A stretch of DNA of 64,000 nt, taken from an uncultured Pelagibacteraceae bacterium (GTDB lineage Bacteria > Pseudomonadota > Alphaproteobacteria > Pelagibacterales > Pelagibacteraceae). Position 1 is the stretch's first letter. Every line of letters starts with the position of its first letter. Made by a program: the position numbers and the translations under genes. Positions 40,608-50,815 of this stretch are shown here, in pieces. A model generated the notes under the pieces. That model was not told the origin of the DNA and did no database searches. It saw only the letters and a program-made list of their open reading frames with translations. The stretch covers positions 3,601-67,600 of the forward strand of contig CACNAY010000001.1 of the NCBI GenBank assembly GCA_902618555.1, read 5' to 3'.

Positions 40608-40886
40608 ATGTCTAAAAGATGCGAGTTAACAGGAATTTCACCTTTAAAAGGTCATAACGTTAGTCATGCTAAAAATAAGACTAAACGAAGATTTCTTCCA
40701 AATTTAAAAAAAATCACTTTTAGAAGTGATATTTTAAAAAAAGATATTAAATTGAATGTAGCTAATTCTGCCTTAAGAACAGTGGATTTTAAAGGTGGGT
40801 TCGATAAGTTTTTACTGTCTGCAAAGAACAGAAAACTCTCAAAAAAAGTTAAAAAAATAAAAGCTTCAATTTACGCTAAATCATAA
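40608..40886 (+). CDS. rpmB: 50S ribosomal protein L28
   Basis: MSKRCELTG...GHNVSHAKNKTKRRFLPNL. Confidence 0.97.
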   Translation: MSKRCELTGISPLKGHNVSHAKNKTKRRFLPNLKKITFRSDILKKDIKLNVANSALRTVDFKGGFDKFLLSAKNRKLSKKVKKIKASIYAKS

Positions 40887-40888
40887 AA

Positions 40889-41464
40889 ATGAATTTATTC
40901 TATAAACTTTCAATTTTGATGGGAGTTGTAGTAGTAACTTCTAACTATTTAGTTCAATTTCCTATTAGTGAATTTGGACTAGATGAAATACTCACTTACG
41001 GAGCCTTTAGTTATCCAATCACTTTCTTAATTACCGATTTAGCCAATAGAGCTTATGGAAAGTTAGTTGCGAGAAAAATTGTTTATATCGGTTTTATTAT
41101 TGGAATATTATTGACTTTATTTGTGTCCACTAATTTTTCAGACATAATTTCTATTAGGATTGCAATCGGATCTGGTGTTGCATTTTTTATTGCACAGAAT
41201 TTAGATATAAATATTTTTGATCATTTAAGAAGAAAAGCATGGTTTGTCGCTCCATTAACTTCCTCTACTTTAGGTTCAATAACCGATACTTTATTATTTT
41301 TTTCGATTGCTTTTTATGGCACAGGAGTGCCTTGGGTTACATTAGCTTTCGGTGATCTTATAGTTAAACTATTCGTTACTCTTGTGATGTTGATTCCATT
41401 TAGACTTTTACTAATTAAAATAAAAGATTATACTGATACGAAAGACAATAGAGTAAAACTCTAA
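40889..41464 (+). CDS. VUT-family (YhhQ-like) queuosine precursor transporter
   Basis: [35 protein letters not shown] and [10 protein letters not shown]. Confidence 0.85.
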   Translation: MNLFYKLSILMGVVVVTSNYLVQFPISEFGLDEILTYGAFSYPITFLITDLANRAYGKLVARKIVYIGFIIGILLTLFVSTNFSDIISIRIAIGSGVAFFIAQNLDINIFDHLRRKAWFVAPLTSSTLGSITDTLLFFSIAFYGTGVPWVTLAFGDLIVKLFVTLVMLIPFRLLLIKIKDYTDTKDNRVKL

Positions 41465-43257
41465 TGCAAAGTTTTTTTATTAGCAACGAACAAATCAGTT
41501 AGTTGATTTATCATCACATCGCCTAAATCTTGAACATCAGTAATCTTAACTGCTCTATTATAATATCTTGTAACGTCATGTCCAATTCCTATTGCTAATA
41601 ATTCTACTTCAGATTTGTCTTCGATCCACTTAACAGTTTTTTTTAGATTTGCTTCAAGATAATCACTAGTGTTAGTTGAGAGAGTACTGTCGTCTACTGG
41701 AGCGCCATCAGATATTACCATTAAAATTTTTCTGTCTTCTTTCCTTCTGCTGATCTTATTAAAAGCCCATTTTAAAGCTTCTCCATCAATATTTTCTTTC
41801 AATAATCCCTCTTTTAACATTAATCCCATATTATTTTTAGCTTGTCTCCAATGTGTATCTGCTGATTTATAAATGATGTGTCTTAGATCATTTAACCTCC
41901 CAGGCAAATTTGGTTTATTATTTTTCATCCATTTTTCTCTAGAGGAACCACCCTTCCAATGTTTAGTTGTAAAACCTAGAATTTCAACTTTGACCATACA
42001 TTTTTCTAAAGTTCTTGAGAGTATATCTGCACAAATAGCCGCTACTGAAATTGGTTTTCCTCTCATAGAACCTGAATTATCAATCAGAATTGTTACCAAT
42101 GTATCTTTAAATTCAATATCTTTTTCCTTTTTAAAAGACAAAGAGTTAAAAGGATCCATAATTACTCTAGTAAGTTTTGATGTATCTAAGAGACCTTCTT
42201 CTAAATCAAAGTTCCAAGATCTATTTTGTTTAGCAAGCAATTTTCTTTGCAACTTATTTGCTAATTTTGAGATAAAATTCTTTAGTTGTAATAATTGCTG
42301 ATCAAGATTTTTCCTAAGTCTAGAAAGCTCCTCCACACTTTCCAGGTCTTCAGCTTTTATTATTTCATCAAACTCTTCAGTATATATTTTATATTTTAAA
42401 TCTTCTAAATTTTTTAAGTTTCTTTTTTTTAGATCTGGTCTGGCACTATCTTCTAACTCGAGCTCTTCATCCGCTTTATCTGAATCTTTTGTCTCATTAT
42501 CTAAATCCGGAATCCCGCTTTCAATGGACATTTCCTCATTGTTTTCCTTTGTTTCTTTTAAATTTTGTTCATTATCTTTAGATTTAGACTTTTTATCATT
42601 ATTATCATTTTCTTCGTCCCTTTTTTCTTCTTCATTAACATTTTCATCTAAGCTCATGTCAGAAATTAATTTAGAAATTATCGAATTAAACTTTTCTTGA
42701 TCCAAGGCTACGTTTCTAAGTTCTGATATTTTAGCTTTAAATTGATCGTTAAGATCTTTTTTATAAGCTCTTAATTTTTTTTCAATTTCGTTATCATTTT
42801 TAAAATCTAAAAATTTAATTCTAAGAAAATTCTCAAATGCTTCTAGTATTTTAGCTTCACTGCTTTTAAGGTCTAAATCTGATATTCGTTGCTTATAAAA
42901 TTTTTCGATATTTTTTTTTACCCCTTTAAAATAATTAGTTCCTATTTTTTCACATCTTATTTTTTCTGAAATATTATAAAGTTTTTTCGATATATCACCG
43001 TCAGGTTGATATTTTTCAAAAATTTTTTTATTTGAAAATCTTAAATTTAAAGATTTTGAATCAGCTATCGCTCTTATTTCTTCAAAATTAACCTTGTTTC
43101 CAAGGTAATTCAAATCAGGTAATTTAATTGAGTTTTGATTACTTTTAATTGTTTGATTTCCAAATAAAACTTCAACTTTTTGAGAATTAGATAAGGATTT
43201 GACAGTTGAACTTATTGCTGTTTTAAAATCTTCTAATTTCTCTTTTTTTGTATCCAC
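41461..43257 (-). CDS. cobT: CobT-like vWA-domain protein
   Basis: Acidic linker, [16 protein letters not shown] motif [19 protein letters not shown] and [11 protein letters not shown]. Confidence 0.92.
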   Translation of the reverse strand: MDTKKEKLEDFKTAISSTVKSLSNSQKVEVLFGNQTIKSNQNSIKLPDLNYLGNKVNFEEIRAIADSKSLNLRFSNKKIFEKYQPDGDISKKLYNISEKIRCEKIGTNYFKGVKKNIEKFYKQRISDLDLKSSEAKILEAFENFLRIKFLDFKNDNEIEKKLRAYKKDLNDQFKAKISELRNVALDQEKFNSIISKLISDMSLDENVNEEEKRDEENDNNDKKSKSKDNEQNLKETKENNEEMSIESGIPDLDNETKDSDKADEELELEDSARPDLKKRNLKNLEDLKYKIYTEEFDEIIKAEDLESVEELSRLRKNLDQQLLQLKNFISKLANKLQRKLLAKQNRSWNFDLEEGLLDTSKLTRVIMDPFNSLSFKKEKDIEFKDTLVTILIDNSGSMRGKPISVAAICADILSRTLEKCMVKVEILGFTTKHWKGGSSREKWMKNNKPNLPGRLNDLRHIIYKSADTHWRQAKNNMGLMLKEGLLKENIDGEALKWAFNKISRRKEDRKILMVISDGAPVDDSTLSTNTSDYLEANLKKTVKWIEDKSEVELLAIGIGHDVTRYYNRAVKITDVQDLGDVMINQLTDLFVANKKTLH

Positions 43258-43259
43258 TT

Positions 43260-44237
43260 TTATATAGTGATATTTATTGAAGACTCAGGCAAATCTTCAC
43301 CGAAACATCTCTGATAATATTCAGAAATTATTTTTTTTTCTAAGTCATCACACTTATTTAAAAATGTAATCCTAAACGAATATCCTTTGTCCTTGAAAAT
43401 ATCCGTATTCTCAGCCCAATGTAAAACAGTTCTTGGACTCATTACTGTTGATATATCTCCGTTAACAAAACCTTTTCTTGTTAAATCAGCAACTTTAATC
43501 ATGTTTGATAATAAATCTTTACCTTCTTTATTATTTAAGCCCTTATTTTTTGCTAAAACTATTTCAAACTCTTTTTCAAATGGAAGATAATTTAAAGTTG
43601 AAACAATATTCCATCTATCCATTTGACCTTGATTTATTTGCTGTGTTCCGTGATAAAGCCCGGTTGTATCTCCCAGACCTACAGTATTTGTAGTCGCGAA
43701 AATTCTAAAAAAATCGTGCTGTTCTATAACTTTGTTTTTGTCGAGCAATGTAAAATTTCCATCGCTTTCTAACACTCTTTGAATTACAAACATAACATCT
43801 GGTCTACCTGCATCATATTCATCAAAAACTAAGGCAACTGGATTTTGAATTGACCATGGTAGTATACCTTCTTTAAATTCAGTAACTTGTTTTCCATCTT
43901 TTAAAATTATTGCATCTTTTCCGATTAAATCTATTCTGCTTATATGACTGTCTAAGTTTACTCTTATACAAGGCCAATTTAATCTTGCTGCAACTTGCTC
44001 AATATGCGTAGATTTTCCAGTTCCATGGTACCCTTGTATCAAAACTCTTTTGTTAAAAGAGAAACCAGCAATTATTGCTAGGGTTGTATCTTTGTCAAAT
44101 TTATAATCAGAATCTATTTTAGGAACATATTCGTTTTTTTTTGAAAATGCTCCTACCTTCATATCACTATCAAACCCAAAAGTTTGTTTAACAGAGAGTT
44201 TTATATCTGGTTTCTGTATTAATTGCTCAGAACTCAT
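43260..44237 (-). CDS. cobS: CobS-like AAA+ ATPase
   Basis: [32 protein letters not shown] and TVMSPR. Confidence 0.94.
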   Translation of the reverse strand: MSSEQLIQKPDIKLSVKQTFGFDSDMKVGAFSKKNEYVPKIDSDYKFDKDTTLAIIAGFSFNKRVLIQGYHGTGKSTHIEQVAARLNWPCIRVNLDSHISRIDLIGKDAIILKDGKQVTEFKEGILPWSIQNPVALVFDEYDAGRPDVMFVIQRVLESDGNFTLLDKNKVIEQHDFFRIFATTNTVGLGDTTGLYHGTQQINQGQMDRWNIVSTLNYLPFEKEFEIVLAKNKGLNNKEGKDLLSNMIKVADLTRKGFVNGDISTVMSPRTVLHWAENTDIFKDKGYSFRITFLNKCDDLEKKIISEYYQRCFGEDLPESSINITI

Positions 44238-44749
44238 TTTTTTCCTAAAGTTTTTTTAAGTTGACTGTAAGCCAATGTAATTTTTTTAAGTTTATCCTCA
44301 AATTTTTTGTTTCCTTGGTTTTTATCAGGATGATATTTTTTTACAAGCTCTTTAAATTTTGATTGAATTTCCTCCCATTTAACATCTTCATTAAGCTCCA
44401 TAGTCTGAAGAGCATCCCTATCGGTTTGAGATACTTTTGTTTTTTTAAAATCTCTAAAATTTGAGGTTTTAAAAATGTTTAATTTATCGTCTAAGGCGTT
44501 ATTCCATAAAATATTAAAAAAATTTTCTGAAGAACCAAAATTTTTTGTTGACTTATGCCAAGTGAGATCAGATTTAATAAAAAATTCAATTTCTTGATCA
44601 TTCATATTTTCAAAATAATTCCAGTTTTTATTAAATATCTTTATATGTTGAAGACAAAGCAGTCTATATTTTTTACTATTATCTTTTTCTACAGGTGCTT
44701 TATAAGCACCTATCTCTTTACAATTCTTCCAATCGCATATAATTTTCAT
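44234..44749 (-). CDS. DnaJ-domain protein (C-terminal J domain)
   Basis: CDW..C...G.YKAP, CLQH...N..WNYF and KKYHPDKN. Start at 44749 (MKIICDW) preferred over 44776. Confidence 0.88.
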   Translation of the reverse strand: MKIICDWKNCKEIGAYKAPVEKDNSKKYRLLCLQHIKIFNKNWNYFENMNDQEIEFFIKSDLTWHKSTKNFGSSENFFNILWNNALDDKLNIFKTSNFRDFKKTKVSQTDRDALQTMELNEDVKWEEIQSKFKELVKKYHPDKNQGNKKFEDKLKKITLAYSQLKKTLGKK

Positions 44750-44778
44750 AAGTTTATCTATATAATATATTTTCATTA

Positions 44779-45033
44779 ATGAAAGATTATTTTAAAAAAA
44801 TAGAAAAAAAATTAAGAGATCAATTCAAGTGCGAAAATTTAATTATAGTGGATAATACTCATTTACATGTTAAACATAAATCTTTTGTTCCAGGAAAATT
44901 GCATTTACATATTAAAATTACTTCTGATTACCTTAAATCAATTTCTAAAATTAATGCTCATAGATTAATTATGAGAGTTTTAAGAGAAGAATTAAAAGAA
45001 AATATTCACGCATTAGAAATTTCTATTAACTAG
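44779..45033 (+). CDS. bolA: BolA family protein
   Basis: DNTHLHVKH, HRLI and IHALEI; DnaJ-cobST neighbourhood. Confidence 0.85.
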   Translation: MKDYFKKIEKKLRDQFKCENLIIVDNTHLHVKHKSFVPGKLHLHIKITSDYLKSISKINAHRLIMRVLREELKENIHALEISIN

Positions 45034-46131
45034 TAATTTTGATACTTTTTTTAAAGTAGTAATATCTATTTTATTTTTATTCGGTTCTGCTGTTCTACCA
45101 ATTGCTTTTAATAATAAAAAGTTAATTTTCTTATCTTCATTTTTTTTATCATTTTTTAAAAAGGGGATTAGATCTCTTATTGCTTTAGAATTAGAAAATT
45201 TTTTATAAGTATATGAAAGGTTATTTTCCTCGTAGACATCAATAATTTGTTTATAAGTTTTAACAGAGCATAATCCTTTTAACAAAGAAAGCCTGCTTTC
45301 CAGAATCATACCCGACAAAACCGCCTCACCATGAGATATATTTTTTGAAAAATTATTTTTCTTTTCAATAGCATGAGCAAAAGTATGACCAAAATTTAGC
45401 ACCATTCTCTTATTTCTTTCATTTACATCCTGGTTTACAAAAAACATTTTTATTAAACAACTTTTTTTAATTGCGTAATTTAAATATTTCAGTCTTTTAG
45501 AAAAAATATTTTTAGTATTTTTTTTTAACCAATTGAAAAATTTTTTATCTTTTATGATAGAATGTTTTAATATTTCAGCGTAACCACAAATAAATTCTTT
45601 TTTCGGTAGAGAATTTAATATTGAGGTATCACTTATAACAAGTTTTGGTTGATAAAAAGAACCAATTAGATTTTTTCCAAGTCTTGAATTCACCCCAGTC
45701 TTCCCTCCTATAGAAGCATCAACTTGAGCAAGAAGAGTGGTTGGAATATTAATATAATTGATACCACGCTTAAAGATACTTGCTATAAAACCAGTTACAT
45801 CTCCGGTAATTCCACCACCAACACCAATTATTAAGTCAGATCTGTTAAAATTAAGGAGTAATAATTTTTCGACAATTTCATTAACGGTTTTTATTGACTT
45901 AGATTTCTCATTTGCATTGAAATTTAAAAAAACTAATTTGTATCTCTTTAATTTATTTCTAATTAATTTTTTGAGTTTATTTGGAACATTTTTATCGATT
46001 ATTAGCGCGATTTTTTGCACTTTTGGACAAATAACTTTGATTTTTTTAGGTAGTATACTAAGGATATTTCTTCCAATTAATATCGAGTAACTATTTCTAG
46101 ATCCACTAAATTTGATCTGTTGTATTTTCAT
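45013..46131 (-). CDS. aroB: 3-dehydroquinate synthase
   Basis: GGGITGD, PTTLLAQVDASIGGKTG, LNFGHTFAHAIE and HGEAV. Confidence 0.96.
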   Translation of the reverse strand: MKIQQIKFSGSRNSYSILIGRNILSILPKKIKVICPKVQKIALIIDKNVPNKLKKLIRNKLKRYKLVFLNFNANEKSKSIKTVNEIVEKLLLLNFNRSDLIIGVGGGITGDVTGFIASIFKRGINYINIPTTLLAQVDASIGGKTGVNSRLGKNLIGSFYQPKLVISDTSILNSLPKKEFICGYAEILKHSIIKDKKFFNWLKKNTKNIFSKRLKYLNYAIKKSCLIKMFFVNQDVNERNKRMVLNFGHTFAHAIEKKNNFSKNISHGEAVLSGMILESRLSLLKGLCSVKTYKQIIDVYEENNLSYTYKKFSNSKAIRDLIPFLKNDKKNEDKKINFLLLKAIGRTAEPNKNKIDITTLKKVSKLLVNRNF

Positions 46132-46627
46132 ATAAATCTAAAATTTTACTTACGATTGCTTCAGGTCTTAAATTTTCACATCTAATTTTAAAATTTGCCT
46201 CACTATAAGTTTTCTTTCTCTCCAAGTAAATTTTTTTGACTGTATAGTTTAAGTTTTTTTTCGTTATAAGAGGTCTTTTTTTGTTTTTCTTTAACCTTTT
46301 AATTAAAATATCAAGATTAGTATCGAGCCAAAAACTGATAGAGGAACTTTTTACTGCACGCCTAATTGAATTATTTAAAAAAGCACCTCCACCTAAAGAT
46401 ATGACTACTTTTTCTTCTTTAAGCTTCTGTAAAGTGATTTTACTTTCCAAGGACCTGAAGTAACTCTCACTTTTGTTTTTAAAGATAATATCAATCGTGC
46501 ATCTCTCTTTCTTCTCAATTACTTTATCAATATCTATAAATTTAAAAGATAGTTTATTAGCTAAAGTTTTACCAATAGTGGATTTACCTACACCCATCAT
46601 CCCGGTTAAAACAAGGTTTTTCCTCAA
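46106..46627 (-). CDS. aroK: Shikimate kinase
   Basis: GMMGVGKST, FRSLE, SLGGG and RPL; TTG start. Confidence 0.95.
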   Translation of the reverse strand: MRKNLVLTGMMGVGKSTIGKTLANKLSFKFIDIDKVIEKKERCTIDIIFKNKSESYFRSLESKITLQKLKEEKVVISLGGGAFLNNSIRRAVKSSSISFWLDTNLDILIKRLKKNKKRPLITKKNLNYTVKKIYLERKKTYSEANFKIRCENLRPEAIVSKILDLYENTTDQI

Positions 46628-46700
46628 TTTGATACCTGATTTAGAATTTGATTTTTCATAAATATGTCTTAATTATTGAGTTTAAATTAATTCGAAAAGT

Positions 46701-46880
46701 ATGCAACTTAAATACAATAGACAAACAAGTTTAGGCAGCTCACTGGTAAAAATTTTAGTAAAATTACTATTAGCTATAGTCATTTTTGTGATTGCAATAT
46801 TTTTAATTGAGAAAATTAATTTTCCTAGCCCAGAAAAAAATTACGATATTAATGTAACCAATGAAATTAAAAAGCTTTAA
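46701..46880 (+). CDS. 59-aa single-TM hypothetical protein; absent from the ORF track
   Basis: MQLKYNRQTSLGSSLVKILVKLLLAIVIFVIAIFLIEKINFPSPEKNYDINVTNEIKKL; overlaps the start of the next gene. Confidence 0.65.
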   Translation: MQLKYNRQTSLGSSLVKILVKLLLAIVIFVIAIFLIEKINFPSPEKNYDINVTNEIKKL

Positions 46881-48600
46881 ATATTTTTTAGGCTTTCTAA
46901 TATTAATAACATTCACTCAAATAAAGAGTGAGGAGAAGATAGATATTTGGAAAAATAAAAATAGTGAAACAGAATTAAATACAAACAAAGAAAAGAAAAA
47001 TGTAGAAAATATTAAAGAAAAAATGGTAATTCAATCTGCTGATGTTAAAGATCAAAAAATTGAGATTGAAAACACTTCAATCAACTCAGAAGAAGAAGAT
47101 AAAGTTTTCGGCTTATATGACCCAGAGAAAAACGATTTAGACTTAAATATGTGGTCCTTTACTTCTGCAGAAGATGTTAGGTCAAGTTTAAAAAGATTAA
47201 AAAAGATAAAGCTATCAAAAACATCAAACGAAATTTTAGAAAATATTTTATTGTCATATTCGTTTCCCCCTAAAGGTATGGCTGAAAAAGAATTTACTAG
47301 TCTAAAAATAAATTGGTTAATTGAAAATAATAGATCAGATTTAATTGAAAATTTTTTAAAGCAAAATGAAAATTTTCACAACAAAGATAAGGCTGTCCAA
47401 TTTTTAGTAGACGAAAATATAGCTCAAGCAAACATAAAAGAGGGATGTAAAAAGATTAAATTTATAGGAAGTAATATTAAAGACGCTTATTTGGAAAAAT
47501 TTAAAATTTATTGTTTGGTACTTGATAATAAAAAAACCCAAGCTCAATTATTACTTGATTTGCTTAGAGAGCAAAATAAATCAGACAAATTTTTTGATGA
47601 TAAAATAAATTTTTTATTAGGAATTTCAGAAAAAACCTCTGAAAAAATTAATGAGAAAAATTTACTTAATTTTTATTTATCAAGTATAACAATAAAAGAC
47701 TTTAAATATACACCGACAAACAAAACTAAAAAAGAAATCTGGAAGTATTTAAATGCATCAAATTTAATTAAATTAGAAAATATTGGTGACAAAGAAAAAA
47801 TAAAAGAATTAGAAATCGCCGCTAACAAAGGTCAGGTAAATAAGAAATTAATTTTCGACATATATAAGCAAATAGAATTTGATCTTAATACTTTAGTAAA
47901 CGCAAAAAATATTTATCAAAGTCTAGATACAAGTGATGCTAGATCTTTAATTTTTCAAAAGTATTTAATTGTTGAAAATATAGAGTCTAAGGTTGATTAC
48001 CTTTTTTTATTAGAAGAGCTATTTAAAAAAGATCAATTAAACAATATCTTTGCAAAATTTTTAAGTGATAAGTTAAAGGAAATTGGGTTAGAAAATTTAC
48101 CTGAAAATTATAAAGAGATAGCAAAGAATAAAATTTTAACAGACGAAGAGATGATCTTGGGGAAAGTGAAGTATAATGATAAAATTCTACATCAATCTAA
48201 AATTTTAAAGCATTATATTGAAAAGGGTGGAAATTTTAAGAAAACGCAAAAAGACTTAGATAAATTATTAAAAAGAATAACTAAGGATAGAAAATATTTT
48301 ATATCTGCTAAAGATCTGGCCTTAATAGACTCATTATTAAAAGATGGTTTTAAGATCCCTAATAATTTTAATTATGATGATCTTGCATCAAAATATGATG
48401 TGCCTGATAATCTTGTAAAGCTAATAAAAGACAAACAAAATGCATTTGTAACTCTCAAAATTGTGGAAATAATTGGTGAAGATGAACCGTACCAGTTGGA
48501 CTCTGAAACAATCTATTTTATTACAAATCTTTTAAATGAAATGAGTTTAATAAATATAAGAAATAAAGTTTTAATCTCTGCATTACCTCAAAGGGTATAA
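46861..48600 (+). CDS. Exported helical hypothetical protein
   Basis: 579 aa with signal-peptide-like N-terminus, GLYDP...NMW motif and a Cys pair; function unknown. Confidence 0.8.
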   Translation: MKLKSFKYFLGFLILITFTQIKSEEKIDIWKNKNSETELNTNKEKKNVENIKEKMVIQSADVKDQKIEIENTSINSEEEDKVFGLYDPEKNDLDLNMWSFTSAEDVRSSLKRLKKIKLSKTSNEILENILLSYSFPPKGMAEKEFTSLKINWLIENNRSDLIENFLKQNENFHNKDKAVQFLVDENIAQANIKEGCKKIKFIGSNIKDAYLEKFKIYCLVLDNKKTQAQLLLDLLREQNKSDKFFDDKINFLLGISEKTSEKINEKNLLNFYLSSITIKDFKYTPTNKTKKEIWKYLNASNLIKLENIGDKEKIKELEIAANKGQVNKKLIFDIYKQIEFDLNTLVNAKNIYQSLDTSDARSLIFQKYLIVENIESKVDYLFLLEELFKKDQLNNIFAKFLSDKLKEIGLENLPENYKEIAKNKILTDEEMILGKVKYNDKILHQSKILKHYIEKGGNFKKTQKDLDKLLKRITKDRKYFISAKDLALIDSLLKDGFKIPNNFNYDDLASKYDVPDNLVKLIKDKQNAFVTLKIVEIIGEDEPYQLDSETIYFITNLLNEMSLINIRNKVLISALPQRV

Positions 48601-48611
48601 AATAAATCAAA

Positions 48612-49136
48612 ATGTCTAAAAGAAAAATTATTATAGAACCAGATCCTATTTTAAGAAAAAAAAGTGCCAGCCTAGAAAAAGTTGATAACGATTTAAGGAA
48701 ATTGATGGATGATATGTTAGAAACTATGTACTCAGCGCCAGGAATAGGTTTAGCCGCAGTTCAAATCGGAATATTAAAGCGAGTAATAGTAATTGATATT
48801 TCAAAAGATGACGAAAAGAAAAAACCAATATTTTTAGTAAACCCTGAAATAACTTTTAAATCAAATCATACCTCAACATATGAGGAGGGATGCCTGTCTT
48901 TACCAGGGCATTTTGCAGAGGTTGAGCGTCCGGCACAGTGCCATTTAGATTTCATTGACTATAACGGTCACAAGCAAAAATTAAAGACAGAGGGGCTTTT
49001 AGCAACCTGCGTCCAGCATGAAATAGATCATCTCGATGGAGTTTTATTTATCGATTACCTTTCAAAGCTTAAAAGGGATATGATTATTAAAAAACTAAAA
49101 AAAAGCAAAAAAGAATTAAATAAAATAGTTTTGTAA
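48612..49136 (+). CDS. def: Peptide deformylase
   Basis: GIGLAAVQ, EGCLS and QHEIDHLDG. Confidence 0.97.
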   Translation: MSKRKIIIEPDPILRKKSASLEKVDNDLRKLMDDMLETMYSAPGIGLAAVQIGILKRVIVIDISKDDEKKKPIFLVNPEITFKSNHTSTYEEGCLSLPGHFAEVERPAQCHLDFIDYNGHKQKLKTEGLLATCVQHEIDHLDGVLFIDYLSKLKRDMIIKKLKKSKKELNKIVL

Positions 49137-50057
49137 ATGTCATTAAAATTAATTTTCATGGGGACCCCCGAATTTGCTGTGCCGATTTTAAAATCAATTC
49201 ATAAATCTGATCATGAGGTTTTATGCGTTTATACCCAACCGCCAAAAAAAAAAAATCGAGGACAAAAAATTGAGTCTTCACCTGTTCAACAATATGCAGA
49301 AAATTATAATTTAAAATTAAGATTTCCCACTATTTTAAATAATGAAGAATATCAACATATTAAAAATTTATGTCCAGACATAGTCATTGTAGTAGCATAT
49401 GGAAAAATTTTGCCAAAAAAGATATTAGATATAAAAGATATTGAATTTCTTAATGTGCATGCATCTTTATTGCCAAAGTGGAGAGGTGCAGCTCCTATCC
49501 AAAGAGCCATTATGAATTTAGATAATATTACAGGAATTTCAATTATGAAAATAATTTCTAAACTTGATTCTGGCCCGACTTTGATAAAATCAGAAATTCC
49601 CATAACCAATGAAACAAATTATGTGTCTCTTAGTGAGCAAATGTCTAAATTAGGAGCAATAAAAATATTAGAAGCTATTAATTTAATCGAAAATAAAAAA
49701 GCAAATTTTATTAACCAAGATGAAACTAAAGCTTCCTACGCAAAAAAAATTGAAAAAATTGAAGGTAAGATATCGTGGAAAGAAAATGCAGATAAAGTGA
49801 TTGCAAAAATTAACGCGCTTAATCCTAACCCAGGATGTTGGTTTTCTTTTAAAGGTTCTAGAATAAAGGTTATAAAAGCAGTTGAAGTTTTTAGAAAAGG
49901 CAAACCTGGTGAAATATTGAGTAACAATTTCACTATAGCATGTCAAAAAAATGCAATTCAAATCTTAGAGCTTAAAAAAGAAGGAAAAAATAAAATGAAA
50001 ACTCAAGAGTATATAAAGGGAAATAAATTAAATGTCGGGACATTAATTAATGAATGA
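49137..50057 (+). CDS. fmt: Methionyl-tRNA formyltransferase
   Basis: FMGTPEFA and NVHASLLPKWRGAAPIQRAI. Confidence 0.97.
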   Translation: MSLKLIFMGTPEFAVPILKSIHKSDHEVLCVYTQPPKKKNRGQKIESSPVQQYAENYNLKLRFPTILNNEEYQHIKNLCPDIVIVVAYGKILPKKILDIKDIEFLNVHASLLPKWRGAAPIQRAIMNLDNITGISIMKIISKLDSGPTLIKSEIPITNETNYVSLSEQMSKLGAIKILEAINLIENKKANFINQDETKASYAKKIEKIEGKISWKENADKVIAKINALNPNPGCWFSFKGSRIKVIKAVEVFRKGKPGEILSNNFTIACQKNAIQILELKKEGKNKMKTQEYIKGNKLNVGTLINE

Positions 50058-50794
50058 ATAATTATTTAATTACAATAGAATATGATGGATCAAACTATGT
50101 TGGATGGCAACGTCAAAAAAATGGGATCTCAGTTCAAGAAATAATCGAAAAAAAAATTCAAAAAATATTAAAAACAAATATTAAAATAATTGGTTCAGGC
50201 AGAACAGATAAAGGTGTTCACGCTAGAGCACAATCAGCCAATTTCTTAACTGCAAAGAAAATATATGAAAAAAAAAAATTTTTAAACTCAATTAATTTTT
50301 TTTTAAGAAAATATCACATATCAATTATTGATTTAAAAAAAAAGAAATTATCTTTTAATTCAAGATACTCAGCAAAAGAACGAGTATATGAATATAAAAT
50401 AGTAAATAGAGTAGGTCCTTTATCTTTAGATCACAACAGAGCTTGGCACATAAAATCGAAATTAGATGTTAATCTCTTAAGATCTGGAGCAAAAATTTTA
50501 GAAGGCCGGCATGACTTTTCAACTTTTAGATCTTCTTCATGTTCTGCTAAATCTCCGATAAAAAATATGAGTTCTGTAAAAGTAAAAAAAAGTGGAGATG
50601 AAATATTTATTACTTTTAAGTCAAAATCATTCTTACAAAATCAAGTAAGATCGATGGTAGGTAGTCTAAGTTATTTAGCTAGAAAAAAATGGAATTTAAA
50701 AGAATTTAAAAAGATATTTAAATCTAAAAAAAGAAGTTTATGTGCTCCACCTGCTCCTGCTTGTGGGTTATATTTGAAAATAGTCAAATATTAA
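50054..50794 (+). CDS. truA: tRNA pseudouridine(38-40) synthase
   Basis: YDGSNYVGWQ, GRTDKGVHA, FLQNQVR and APACGLYL. Confidence 0.96.
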   Translation: MNNYLITIEYDGSNYVGWQRQKNGISVQEIIEKKIQKILKTNIKIIGSGRTDKGVHARAQSANFLTAKKIYEKKKFLNSINFFLRKYHISIIDLKKKKLSFNSRYSAKERVYEYKIVNRVGPLSLDHNRAWHIKSKLDVNLLRSGAKILEGRHDFSTFRSSSCSAKSPIKNMSSVKVKKSGDEIFITFKSKSFLQNQVRSMVGSLSYLARKKWNLKEFKKIFKSKKRSLCAPPAPACGLYLKIVKY

Positions 50795-50815
50795 AACTTT
50801 TTAATTTAAAATCAA

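Noticed and set aside
46624-46659. 11-aa ORF (MKNQILNQVSN) overlapping the aroK TTG start, as a leader peptide or frameshift
   Set aside because: It has no aromatic regulatory codons and AroK is complete from the TTG start; probably chance.
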